Counted from the first letter of the stretch, positions 56,101 to 59,698 are shown. The stretch: DNA of 64,000 nt from Candidatus Oxydemutator sp. (GCA_965203445.1 OZ241883.1:1728001-1792000), one strand, 5' to 3'. Notes: generated by a model not told the origin, from the letters alone. Made by a program: numbers and translations.

Positions 56101-58646
56101 GAACGATAACCGCCAGCTACTGGGATACCGACCTCTCTGGTCTCAACAGTAGTGCCGGCGGCCTGGGCAAAACCACGATCGCATTGCAGACACCGACCAC
56201 CTACACCGGCATTTACGCCGACTGGAATGTGGACGTGGACGGCAGCACCGCGACCGGCGTAGGTGGCAGGGACACCCCGTGGGATTTCGGCAGCCCAACG
56301 CAATATCCGGTACTGCAATACGGCGGTCTGGACGTTGACTTGCAACGGCGCCTGCTGCCGCTGACGGCGAGGTTGCGGGTAGTGTCTGTGCCGTCGCATG
56401 GCGACACCTACCGCGCTGGCGAGACGATCCGGGTGCGTGCTTCGTATGGTCGAGATGACGTCAGGGCGCCTGCCAGCGCGGTGCTGAGGATAGTCATTGG
56501 CCGCAGGGCGGTAAGCGCGAGGGCGGTTGTGGTCGCCGGCAGCACCAGCGCGACGGACTTTGTGTATACAGTGTCAACGGTGGACGCGGACACGGACGGC
56601 ATCAGCGTGTCACCGAACTCACTGCTTGGTTCTTTCTATGCGGCGGGTCGTGGCAGAACGAGCGGCGTGTCACACGGTGTGCTGTCGGCGCAACCGGGGC
56701 ACAAAGTGCGTGGCGTGAGAAGATACTCCAGTTTGCAATTGCCGCCGCCGACGCCGAGTGTGACGATAGCGCGCATAGAATCGTCTGTCAGGACGACGAT
56801 AGACCACGACCAGGATAACGACGGCCTGATAGACGTTGATACGCTGTCGGAGTTGAACGCGATTCGTTGGGATCTGGACGGTGACGGCGTCGCCGACACC
56901 ACGGCCACGGCCGCCGCCTACGCCGAGGCCTTCCCCGCAGCCGTCGCGGGCATGGGCTGTCCCGCTTCGGGTTGCATCGGTTACGAGTTGGTCGCCGCTC
57001 TCGATTTCGACACCGACAAAGACCGCGTAGTCGAGGCTACCGACGCCGGCGGCGCCTACTGGAACGCTGGCGCCGGCTGGTTGCCCATCGGTGCATTCAA
57101 CGCGGTGTTCGACGGCAACGGTCATACAATAGCGAACCTGTATATCAACCGCGGCACGGACGAGACTGGTTTGTTCGGCGACAATATGGGCACTATAGAG
57201 GGCGTGGGTCTCGTGGCCGCGAAAGTAACGGGCGGCGTTCGCACCGGTGCTCTGGCGGGCAAAAACCGCGGCACGATCCGCGCGAGTTACGTGACGGGCA
57301 AGGTGACGGGCGAGGGCGGTTTGCTCGGTAGTGCCTACGGCGGCGCCGGCGGCTTGGTGGGGAGCAACGAAGGGGGGACGATCATAGCGAGTTATGCGCT
57401 GGCGGAAGTCGGTGGCATAAGGATCGCCGCCGGTGGCTTGGTGGGCCGCAACAATCACGAGATCATAGCGAGTTACGCATTGGGGTGGGCGCGTAGTACG
57501 GCGACGCTGTCTTCCGCCGGCGGTTTGGTGGGCAGTGACGCGAGTGCTCTACGCAGCGGTCGGGCGCGCGTGACGTCGAGTTACTGGGACGTCGAGACGA
57601 GCCGGTTGTCGGAAAGCGGCAGCGGCAGCAGCAAGACGACGGCGCAGTTGCAGACGCCCACGGGTTATACGGGCATATACTCCACCTGGAACGTGGACGT
57701 GGACAACGCCGACGGCGGCGGTTACGGCTATGCGGGCGCGTTGGCGAGCGGCGGCGACGATCCGTGGGATTTCGGCACGTCGTCGGAGTATCCGGTGCTG
57801 AAGTATGACGGCTTCGACGTGGAACGCCAGCGCCGTCTGTTGCTGCCGGGGGTGACGGTGCAGGCACGCGCGTATTTGCAGGGGGCGTATGACGCCGCCG
57901 CCAATGCGATGAAGACTACGTATTTGCAGTATCTGCCGTCGGGGCAACCGTACGGAGTGTCGCCGTGGCGCCATGCGACGACGGCGACGGTTCCGCACGT
58001 ATCGGGCGACTTCGGCTTGTCCGCGGTGACTTCGACGGTGGTGGATTGGGTGCTGATCGAATTGAGAGCGACACCGAAGGGTGCGTCTGCATCTTCTGCG
58101 ACGTCGTCGCTGGCGATTGGCAGACAGGCGGCGTTGCTGTTGCGCGACGGCGTCATAGCAGGCATGGACGCGCGCGCGACGACGGCGGTGGATGCGCTGC
58201 ACGGAGGTTTTGTGCACTTCCCGGTGGCAGTGAACGCCGCGGTCGAAGATATATACGTGCTGATTCACCACCGCAACCACCTGTCGGTGATGTCGCCGCT
58301 GCCCGCCGGCAGTTGCGAGGGCGCCGATTATTGCGTTGACTTCACGAGCGCGCAATCGCATCAGAACGGTCAACGTGCGCTGTCGAGCGATGCGTATGCA
58401 ATGTATGCCGGCGACGTGAACCGCGACGGCGTCATCACCACCGCGGATGGTTTGCGTATTACCGCGGCGACACCGGTGGTCATTGGTGCCGCGCATTACG
58501 GCGCCGCCGATGCGGCGGGCGGCTACGTCATTGATCTGGATTTGGACTTCGACGGCGAGGTTATGCAAGACGACGCTCTGTTCATCACGAACCATGGCGC
58601 CGTTCCGGTGTCCGCTTGCGACGTTTGCCTCCCGCCCTTGGAGTAG
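29172..58646 (+). CDS. Giant (9,824 aa) repetitive surface/secreted protein: LRR blocks, putative Ig domains, GLUG-type beta-helices, dockerin-like C-terminus
   Basis: Uninterrupted 29.5 kb ORF; LxxLxLxxNxL repeats; 'LPxxLxF...LSGTP' Ig-like units; 'VGGLVG' repeats; 'DYDKDxDGLIEV' Ca-binding loops; signal-like hydrophobic stretch at aa ~64-82; exact start uncertain. Confidence 0.9.
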   Translation: MLMRQNNESLTWRLCEQPHGAEPDPVSGSSLLSFLLRALGCKTGAPDFDNWLVQSTGRCRPVSVVILLTVVLLSMPAAVVAQGTGGVCDRTEQVKRAIVQAAEVAECSLVTAEQLEMITSLDISSRSISRLRVGDFAGLDELASLRLDGNRLTGLEPRIFAGLVALERLYMSSNHLVTLENGAFSGLTSLRMLTLSDNRISSAGDVFANTSLSALTVLDMSGNRLERLGEGAFSGLGQLKELRLGSNWINRMESGAFSGLGNLGRLVLQGNRLRDLPADIFSGLDLGMLDLSGNPMDPFVLELRLEAWEEGVRARIREGAPAAIKASWSASGGSSEMGQVEVAAGALASGVFGLERAHVEPAMIRLHDAQQLLPSASYRGIRISATGIVTLRWRGPRFVGGVEDQIYTVGVEVSSKLPAAVSGTRPLRYSLSGDSPLPSDLAFDPLTRVLSGTPTRVQGGVYRYTVEDAVGRRATTEIGIRVRGEVCARTRAVHEEIARRAGHSDCDYVKENDLARIETLIISDRGLSELQLGDFGGLSGLRSLRMEGNGLRRLRHGIFSDLVRLERLYMSSNHLVTLDSRVFSGLVSLRMLTLSGNWISDVGELFKNTSLSALTALDLSRNRLGGLGDGAFSGLRRLETLQLAGNQISTLDSGAFSGLDSLRTLTLSGNGLTRLPAEIFVGMELTGGLDLSGNPVDPFVLELRLEAWEEGVRARIKEGAPAAIKASWSASGGSSEMGQVEVAAGALASGVFGLERAHVEPAMIRLHDVQQLLPAASYRGIRISATGIVTLRWRGPRFVGGVEDQIYTVGVGTSSKLPAAVSGTRPLRYSLSGDSPLPSDLAFNPLTRVLSGTPTRVQGGVYRYTVEDAVGRRATTEIGIRVRGEVCARTRAVHEEIARRAGHSDCDYVKENDLARIETLIISDRGLSELQLGDFGGLSGLRSLRMEGNGLRRLRPGIFSDLVRLERLYMSSNHLVTLESRVFSGLTSLRMLTLSDNWISDVGELFKNTSLSALTALDLSRNRLGGLGDGAFSGLRRLETLQLAGNQISTLDSGAFSGLDSLRTLTLSGNGLTRLPAEIFVGMELTGGLDLSGNPVDPFVLELRLEAWEEGVRARIKEGAPAAIKASWSASGGSSEMGQVEVAAGALASGVFGLERAHVEPAMIRLHDVQQLLPAASYRGIRISATGIVTLRWRGPRFVGGVEDQIYTVGVGTSSKLPAAVSGTRPLRYSLSGDSPLPSDLAFNPLTRVLSGTPTRVQGGVYRYTVEDAVGRRATTEIGIRVRGEVCARTRAVHEEIARRAGHSDCDYVKENDLARIETLIISDRGLSELQPGDFGGLSGLRSLRMEGNGLRGLEPEIFSDLVRLERLYMSSNHLVTLDSRVFSGLVSLRMLTLSGNWISDVGELFENTSLSALTALDVSRNRLSGLGNGAFSGLRRLETLQLAGNQISTLGSGAFSGLDSLRTLTLSGNGLTGLPAEIFSGMELTGGLDLSGNPMDPFVLELRLEAWEEGVRARIKEGVPAAIKAFWSASGGSSEMGQVEVAAGALASGVFGLERAHVEPAMIRLHDVQQLLPAASYRGIRISATGIVTLRWRGPRFVGGVEDQIYTVGAGTSSKLPAAVSGTRPLRYSLSGDSPLPSDLVFNPLTRVLSGTPTRVQGGVYRYTVEDAVGRRATTEIGIRVRGEVCARTRAVHEEIARRAGHSDCDYVKEDDLARIETLIISDRGLSELQLGDFEGLSGLRSLRMEGNGLRGLEPEIFSDLVRLERLYMSSNHLVTLDSRVFSGLVSLRMLTLSGNWISDVGELFENTSLSALTALDVSRNRLSGLGNGAFSGLRRLETLRLGGNRIRVLGNGVFSGLKDLDKLHLSGNQLNGLGNTFMNTSLSALRVLDLSGNQLEMLNAGVFSGVARLEELNLGDNKIYDLASGAFSGMRSLTKLLLQRNELGELPRDIFTGLELKHTLDLSGNSDGPFVLHASLELEEGGARVHIEEGAPVRIEVTWTSSEDASRTRVVSVSAGTTVSEVLRMVGTQSVTITLHAARLGRVFGRIEGLVVEATDSAVLSPRPPPPLPPMDAGICDRTRQVYEAIADKVGVDSCADVTTGHLVMIEALDIDGRGATEVRAGDFAGLSGLRRLYLGDNRLRSLPSGVLSELGNLEELHIDGNKLGDLPSGIFGGLGSLRELSLSGNELQRLEAGVFEGLNALGSLYLDNNELSGLQSDTFVGLSRLSSLRLHDNRLEGLPADIFQGLKLSNSLTLHGNGNDPVEFWVYPELSSEGDRARAHIAEGAFLGMLVDWESSGGYVDRGEVELSAGTSASELFGMARPTTVTVELSSVEIDGLPRMERTDDATGPYSGFRVATTDSRKVLRWNGPLLAREVKDQLYTEGVGIAPLELPSADGGDLPLEYSLSGELPEGLKFSTLTRTLTGTPTKVHRESSYVWRVADASGRVHQSGFKIKVQSEVCRRTLEVRDAIVDAFMGVRVCDYVKAEHLASITVLDISSQGIVRLKEGDFGGLSGLRRLHLGGNELNSLPSGVFSELVSLEELHIDGNKLGGLPSGIFEGLVGLRELSLSGNELSDLSTDTFVGLSRLSSLRLHDNRLGGLLHDNRLADLPEGIFLGLELTDSLTLHGNGNDYFKFQVRPELSSEGDRVRAHIAQGAFLGMLVNWESSGGYVDRGEAELSAGASASEWFGMARPTTVTVELLSVKIDGLPLSERTDDATGPYSGFEVTATGRENLRWNGPLLMREVGDQSYTEEVGIDPLELPSADGGDAPLAYSLSGELPEGLKFSTLTRTLTGTPTEVHRESNYVWKVADASGREDRREFTIKVRSEVCARTPQVRDAIMEALMGVIPVCDYVKAEHLASITVLDISSKRIARLEEGDFAGLSGLRRLHLGGNELNSLPSGVFSELVSLEELHLDGNELGGLPSGIFGGLVGLRELSLSGNELQELEAGVFGGLNALGSLYLDNNELSGLRSDTFVGLSRLSSLRLHDNRLAGLPEGIFLGLELTDSLTLHGNTSEPIVFLVSPGLSAEGDRARANIAQGAFLGMLVNWVSSGGYVDGGEVELSAGTSASESFGMARPTTVTVELLSVKVDGLPLSERTDDATGPYSGFRVATTGSASLRWNGPLLMREVEDQSYTQGMEIRPLELPSGVGGDVPLGYSLSGELPEGLKFSTLTRTLTGTPTEVHRESNYVWKVADASGREDRREFTIKVRSEVCARTPQVRDAIVEELTVLVPGTRVCDYVKAEHLASITVLDISSKRIAQLEEGDFAGLSGLRRLHLGGNELNSLPSGVFSELVSLEELHLDGNELGGLPSGIFGGLGSLRELSLSGNKLRGLEAGVFGGLNALGSLYLDNNELSGLRSDTFVGLSRLSSLRLHDNRLAGLPEGIFLGLELTDSLTLHGNTSEPIVFLVSPGLSAEGDRARANIAQGAFLGMLVNWASSGGYVDGGEVELSAGTSASESFGMARPTTVTVELLSVKIDGLPLSERTDDATGPYSGFRVATTRSVSLRWNGPLLAREVEDQSYMEGVEIRPLELPSADGGDVPLGYSLSGELPEGLKFSTLTRTLTGTPTEVQRESDYIWEVVDASGRRHGSAFTIKVRSEVCTRTPQVRDAIVEALTVLVPGTRVCDYVKAEQLALIAALDISSQSIVRLQQGDFAGLSSLQSLNLSGNQLTRIRLGIFAGLADLRELDLSSNEIGRLEEDAFSGLGNLRKLLLDNNRISGMASMVFADLSNMTTLSLRGNRLSSLPENVFVGLSLKDLLDLSSNPGSPLKLSVRVESSNNGRARARIREGAPLTIEVLWLSSGDSSVPGAAYIRDGTIASEVFGMPHPRESMTITLIDAKSADVVEQLDDAEGSYRGFRLATTGSVTLPCTDLWFDQAVSPQVFLRGVAVGDPGFRLPAARSCRPPLTYTLSPKLPMGLTFSSATRVISGIPSEVWPAATYTLTAMDADGDEATLQFSLVVKANDYDKDNDGLIEVVNLAQLNAIRWDLDGDGSSPTDASAYAEAFPGAAAGMGCPAVDGCVGYELGEDDASAVSLTFNTGDPSTRTDDEYYNGGAGWEPIGNASNSYSGVFQGNGHVISDLSIHRAGRFIGLFGRLGSAGRLVDVGLANVDVRGQFYVGSLVGYSRGTISNSSATGTVSGTDGGFSIGGLVGINDGAIDKSYAKGAVFANDGDGAIGGFAGGNLGTISESYATGVVSGGDGSVGGFVGSNRGMITDCHATGAVSGDESVGGFVGSNDRDHTIIGSYAAGAVIRSNFGGGFVGQNKGAISASYAVGAVTGNLAGGFVGYDEGIIGASYAVGAVTGNLAGGFVGYSKGTITAGYATGAVMGENLAGGFVGHNAGTLIANYVAGAVIGHRKGGFTGIDSGMVTDGYWDTDVSGLDRSADYGPDTGAIGKTIIALQTPTTYTGIYASWNVDVDGSTATGVGGRDDPWDFGDSTQYPVLQYGGLDVDLQRRLLPLTARLRVASVPARGDTYRAGETIRMRAAYGRDDVRVPADAVLRVVIGGRTVSATVVAVAGSTSATDFVYVVSEADEDVDGISVSSSSLLGSFYATGRGSTSGVSHGVLSAQSGHKVHGGDWVPTFGEETLSAQSYVVGERVTLTLPAATSGDGVLTYALSPAPPGGLRLSTSSRVLTGVPLDVTLTTTYTWTATDTDGDKAELSFTIAVRSGVCDRTPQVRDEIMEQAGVSDCALVTMEHLSSITTLNLMSQNISALKAGDFDDLVNLSYLGLMKNQLEVLPAGLFSELRSLGTLHLYWNRLTSLSTGTFVGLSNLVELNLEETHLSSIAAGTFSGLSRLESLDIGNNRLSELPAGLFSELRSLRKLLLYSNRLTSLSTGTFAGLSNLAELNVQGNRLSSIAAGTFSGLSSLKFLDMKHNPLPSIATGTFSGLSSLEVLKIGNTYRLSELPAGLFSDLTELQVLNLWHNRFTSLPSDTFAGLVNLSHLRINHNRLASLESGLFSGLKSLTSLRVNNNRLTKLPAGIFDGLNLTRVLHLYQNTSRPVVMEVYPELSGSGFRVRIDEGAPRAMRVNWALSGGVSSTGVAMIAAGARVSSVTQVSATPREVVITLSDPALAGVSEATDEDRPGSRYAGFRLSVASVPSVAIAGTLPMFYEGVPAQSYLRGEAISELQLPRARGGRAPLRYSLSPSTPEGLVFSTATLIISGTPMEVRSATTYTLTVVDADSKEATLRFSIAVADDYDKDGDGLIEVYSLSQLNAIRWDLDGNGSPTTNASAYAEAFPGATAGMGCPTAGGCIGYELGESSASAVSLTFNTGDPSTRTDDEYYNDGAGWEPIGGGVSNSYSGVFRGNGHVISDLFINRTNGYIGLFGYLGSAGKLEDVGLANVDVRGRQQVGSLVGYSGGTITASFAAGAVSGSERWDVGGLVGYNSGEIIASSATGAVNGRGNSVGGLVGYNSGEIIASSATGAVNGRGNSVGGLVGRNYGEISASSAMGAVSGTLHVGGLVGYNLREITTSFAMGVVSGTSYVGGLVGSNAGEISASYATGAVSGGWFYAGGLVGGNYGEISASSATGAVSGEWFVGGLVGGNYGEISASYATGVVSGTKYAGGLVGGNYGEISASYATGVVSGTKYAGGLVGRNYNSGEISASSATGAVSGTPDVGGLVGVNYGDITASYAMGAVNGEVFVGGLVGGNYGEGDITASYATGVVSGISYVGGLVGFNGEEITASYATGVVSGISYVGGLVGYNYGEGDITASYAMGAVSERRRDVGGLVGVNWVNYGDITASYWDTDASGLNSSAGGMGKTTIALQTPTTYTGIYASWNVNVDGSTATGVGGRDDPWHFGNSMQYPVLQYGGLDVDLQRRLLPLTARLRVVSVPAHGDTYRAGETIRMRASYGRDDVRVPADAVLRIAIGNSTVSATVVAVAGSTSATDFVYVVSEGDEDGDGISVSSNSLLGSFYTTGRGSTSGVSHGVLSAQPSHKVRGRPEVCGRTPQVRDEIMEQAGVSNCALVTMEHLSSITTLNLMSQSISTLKAGDFDDLVNLSYLGLMKNQLTVLPDGLFSELQSLRTLHLYWNRLTSLSTGTFAGLSNLVELNLEETHLSSIAAGTFSGLSRLESLDISNNRLLELPTGLFSELSNLVELNMRSNRLSSIAAGTFSSLSSLESLDIRSNRLSSIAAGTFSSLSSLESLDIRSNPLPSIATGTFSGLSSLEVLKIGNTHRLSELPAGLFSDLTELRVLNLWHNRFTSLPSDTFAGLVNLSRISLNHNRLASLESDLFSGLRSLTSMRLDNNRLTKLPAGIFDGLNMAGLHLSRNTSRPVMMEVYPELSGSGFRVRIDEGAPRAMRVNWALSGGMSSTGMAMIAAGARVSSVTQVSAAPREVVITLSGPVLAGVSEATDEDRLAGHYDGFRLSVASTPSVAIAGTSPMFYEGVPAQGYLRGEAISELQLPRARGGRAPLRYGLSPPMPEGLVFSTATLIISGTPMEVQSATTYTLTAVDADSKEATLQFSIAVTVNDYDKDNDGLIEVSNLAQLNAIRWDLDGDGSSPTDASAYTAAFPGATTGMGCPTAGGCIGYELGESSASAVSLTFNTGDPSTRTDDEYYNGGAGWEPIGSGASNSYSGVFRGNGHVISDLFINRSSDYVGLFGYLSSAGKLEDVGLANVGVRGRSIVGSMVGHSRGTISGSFATGTVIGRSIVGGFVGVNYSGISGDGTISGNGTISESYSMGSVRSMGGGSIGGLVGDNSGEITASYAMGAVRGSSVYAYRGVVGGLVGYNGGKITASYATGAVNGGVHSIMGGLVGYDPIMGGLVGYNSGDITASYATGVARESSGIYRDYRDIIGGLVGRNPPSGEITASYWDTDTSGLDGSAVGIGKTTIALQTPTTYIGIYADWNVNVDGSTATGVGGRDAPWDFGNSMQYPVLQYGGLDVDLQRRLLPLTARLRVVSVPAHGDTYRAGETIRMRASYGRDDVRVPADAVLRIAIGNSTVSATVVAAAGSTGATDFVYVVSEGDKDTDGISVSSNSLLGSFYATGRGSASGVSHGVLSAQPGHKVRGRPEVCGRTRQVRDEIMEQAGVSNCALVTMEHLSSITTLNLMSQSISALKDGDFDDLVNLSYLGLMKNQLEILPAGLFSELQSLGTLLLYWNRLTTLSTGTFVGLSNLTELNLRDNHLSSVAAAAFSDLSDLESLDISYNHLSELPEGLFAGLVHLRHLHMNNNRLTELPVGIFDGLNLETLHLYRNASRPVVMDMYPELSGSGFRVRIDEGAPRAIRVNWALSGSMSTGMAMIAAGARVSSVTQVSGAPREGVITLSDPVLAGVSEATDEDSLAGRYSGFRLSVALSAPSVTITGTSPMFYEEVPAQSYLWGEAISELRLPRARGGRAPLRYSLSPTMPADLSFSTATLIISGTPMEVQSATTYTLTAVDADSKEATLQFSIVVADDYDKDGDGLIEVYSLAQLNAIRWDLDGDGSSPTNVSAYAEAFPGAATGMGCPTAGGCIGYELGESSASAVSLTFNTGDLSTRTDDEYYNGGAGWEPIGGGAGISYALDQFWYYHGGSRLTRGVDPIDGGLGDSYSGVFRGNGHVISDLFINRSEGNDVGLFGHLSSEGQLEDVGLANVDIMGRSHAGSLVGYNRGTISGSFATGTVAGSWGNSIGGLVGSNVDGTIDKSYWVGSVADWGMVNPYSIGGLVGNNVRGTIGESYSMGSVGRVTYGHYIGGFAGRNYLGMISKSYSMSLVRADSRSVGGFVGGNIGGSISGSYATGSVIREGLRAGGPRRDSFYGGFVGNNYDGGMISASYATGAVRGAYQNVGGFVGYNNYGTIRSSYAVGAVSGNNNVGGFLGWGINEGIWDIDPYTRSFIWAPSTGITASYWDTDASGLNSSAGGIGKTTIALQTPTTYTGIYASWNADVDGSTATGVGGRDDPWDFGDSTQYPVLQYGGLDVDLQRRLLPLTARLRVASVPARGDTYRAGETIRMRASYGRDDVRAPADAVLRVVIGGNVVAATVVAAAGSTSATDFVYVVSERDEDTDGVSVSSNSLLGSFYATGRGSTSGVSHGVLSAQSGHKVRGRPEVCSRTRQVRDEIMEQAGVSDCALVTMEHLSSITTLNLMSQGIGALKTGDFDGLVNLSYLGLMKNQLTALPDGLFSDLSNLVELNMRGNRLSSIAAGTFSSLNSLESLDIRSNRLSSIAAGTFSSLSSLESLDIRSNPLPSIATGTFSGLSSLEVLKIGNTHRLSELPAGLFSDLTELRVLNLWHNRFTSLPSDTFAGLVNLSRISLNHNRLASLESDLFSGLRSLTSLRLDNNRLTKLPAGIFDGLNMAGLHLSRNTSRPLMMEVYPELSGSGFRVRIDEGAPRAMRVNWALSGGMSTGVSVIASGARVSSVTQVSAAPREVVITLSGPVLAGVSEATDEDRLAGHYDGFRLSVASTPSVTIAGTSPMFYEGVPAQSYPRGEAISELRLPRARGGRAPLRHSLSPSTPEGLVFSTATLIVSGTPAELQSATTYTLTAADADGKEATLQFSIAVTMNDYDKDNDGLIEVGNLAQLNAIRWDLDGDGSSPTNASAYAAAFPGATAGMGCPTADGCIGYELGESSASVVSLTFNTGDPSTRTDDEYYNGGAGWEPIGNGASNSYSGAFRGNGHVISNLFINRTSNYIGLFGYLSSAGKLEDVGLANVDVRGRQQVGSLVGYSGGTITASYATGVVSGTSYVGGLVGSNSGEIAVSYATGMVSGTGWHTGGLVGTNYSGVRSNDGGTITASSATGAVSGTYDVGGLVGSNGDGTITVSYATGAVRGRMWVGGLVGSSGLYGNGKIIASYATGVVSGRGSVGGLAGSNSGEITASYATGAVNGRGNSVGGLVGDNHGEIAASYATGAVSGTWNVGGLVGNNDGKITSSYAMGAVSGSGTYKYNVGGFVGLNGGRGTVTSSYATGAVSGTKYVGGFVGGNAGEITASYATGAVSGTLYVGGLVGYGYNSGEITASYATSVVSGTWIVGGLVGSSLGTITASYWDTDLSGLNSSAGGLGKTTIALQTPTTYTGIYADWNVDVDGSTATGVGGRDTPWDFGSPTQYPVLQYGGLDVDLQRRLLPLTARLRVVSVPSHGDTYRAGETIRVRASYGRDDVRAPASAVLRIVIGRRAVSARAVVVAGSTSATDFVYTVSTVDADTDGISVSPNSLLGSFYAAGRGRTSGVSHGVLSAQPGHKVRGVRRYSSLQLPPPTPSVTIARIESSVRTTIDHDQDNDGLIDVDTLSELNAIRWDLDGDGVADTTATAAAYAEAFPAAVAGMGCPASGCIGYELVAALDFDTDKDRVVEATDAGGAYWNAGAGWLPIGAFNAVFDGNGHTIANLYINRGTDETGLFGDNMGTIEGVGLVAAKVTGGVRTGALAGKNRGTIRASYVTGKVTGEGGLLGSAYGGAGGLVGSNEGGTIIASYALAEVGGIRIAAGGLVGRNNHEIIASYALGWARSTATLSSAGGLVGSDASALRSGRARVTSSYWDVETSRLSESGSGSSKTTAQLQTPTGYTGIYSTWNVDVDNADGGGYGYAGALASGGDDPWDFGTSSEYPVLKYDGFDVERQRRLLLPGVTVQARAYLQGAYDAAANAMKTTYLQYLPSGQPYGVSPWRHATTATVPHVSGDFGLSAVTSTVVDWVLIELRATPKGASASSATSSLAIGRQAALLLRDGVIAGMDARATTAVDALHGGFVHFPVAVNAAVEDIYVLIHHRNHLSVMSPLPAGSCEGADYCVDFTSAQSHQNGQRALSSDAYAMYAGDVNRDGVITTADGLRITAATPVVIGAAHYGAADAAGGYVIDLDLDFDGEVMQDDALFITNHGAVPVSACDVCLPPLE
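30041..34690 (+). repeat. Near-identical 1200-bp tandem repeat, ~3.9 copies (400-aa LRR + beta-domain + Ig unit)
   Basis: GGTGAGGTATGTGCCCG recurs at 30621, 31821, 33021, 34221. Confidence 0.95.
35397..40170 (+). repeat. Second tandem family, ~1.11-1.17 kb units, ~4 copies
   Basis: LRR caps at ~35400, 36555, 37665, 38823, 39990; 'ERTDDATGPYSGF' occurs four times. Confidence 0.9.
41085..57850 (+). repeat. Third family: six GLUG-type units, the first five separated by Ig-like and LRR segments (spacing 2.1-3.8 kb)
   Basis: D(Y/H)DxDxDGLI motif at 41085, 44796, 48636, 51417, 54681, 56802; each unit ends in 'LQTPTxYxGIY...PWxFG...YPVL'. Confidence 0.9.
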
Positions 58647-58852
58647 CCCGTCAATCGTTTATTGTTGCAATACTGGAGCAGACCTCGTGGGCAGGTCATT
58701 GTGTATTTGACTTTGCATTCAGCCGTGTCTATTGATAATGGCTGCTATGGTGTTAACAGAGGGTAAAGGCTGAGCGCGCCTCGCTTGCGAGATTCGTTCA
58801 TAACGGCAAGGCGCTTATTACTAGTCTGGTTCGACTTCGGCAGACCTCCGGT

Positions 58853-59698
58853 TGACCTATCCCCCATAATCAGGGCCACGCCACGTGAGAGATTTTCCTA
58901 CAGAGTCTCTACCGCTGGAAGTCGAAGTATGGGGGAATGGATGTAAGCGAAGCGAGACGCTTGAGGCAGTTGGAGATAGAGAACGCCAAGCTGAAAGCAC
59001 CTGCTGGCGTAGACAACAAGGCGTTGCAGGAGTTGGTATCAAAAAAGTGGTGACGCCCGGGCGCGCGCCGCGGCAGCGCGGAGCACTTGGTGCGCCGCGA
59101 CGTGGCGGGCGTGCGTCGGGCGGCACGTCGCTTGATGGGCTTGGTGGGCTTGGTGGGATTGAACCGTTCGGTGGCGCAGTATCGGCGTCGCCGGCGAGGA
59201 GACGAGAAATTACGACGCCGCCTGATGGAGTTGGCGCGGAAGTATCCGCGCTACGGGTATCTGACGCTGCACGCGCTGCTGCGTGCCGAGGGGCTGATGG
59301 TGAACCGCAAGCGCACCTATCGCCTGTATTGCGAGCCAGGCATGCAGGTGCGCCGACAGCGGCGCAAGAAGCTGTCGCGCCCGCGCGTGGCGATGCCGGT
59401 GCCCGGCGTCGCGAACCAGCGCTGGTCTATGGACTTCGTATCGGATCAGTTGGTCTGCGGGCGCCGCTTTCGCATTCGGGGCGTCATAGACGACTACTCG
59501 CGCGAGTGCGTCGGTCAGATAGTGGACACTTCGATAGGTGGCGAGCGCGTGGTTCGTTTCCTGGATGTTCTTGGTCAGAAGCGCGCGCTGCCCGAGACGC
59601 TGGTGTGCGACAACGGCAGCAAGTTCACCAGCAAAGCGATGGGTCTATAGTCGAGAAGCAGCGGTGTGGAGTTGCATTTCATCCAACCCGGCAAGCCG
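58853..59698 (+). mobile_element. Degenerate IS3-family (IS407-group-like) element
   Basis: Terminal TGACCTATCCCCCATAATCAGGGCCAC; orfA remnant 'YGGMDVSEARRLRQLE'; AAAAAAG slip site at 59041; orfB 'YPRYGY...WSMDF...IDDYSREC...DNGSKF' with stop, cut at 'IQPGKP'. Confidence 0.88.

Noticed and set aside
29330-56400. Many recurring minus-strand ORFs inside the giant gene (e.g. 44235-46724)
   Set aside because: They recur with the repeat period and are antisense by-products of the repeats
41400-57600. Diversity-generating retroelement as the source of loop variability
   Set aside because: No reverse transcriptase or template repeat in the window; variation includes indels and is not evidently adenine-specific
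58750-58850. GGTTCGACT resembling a tRNA T-loop after the giant gene
   Set aside because: The T-stem pairs poorly and no cloverleaf or CCA end could be built
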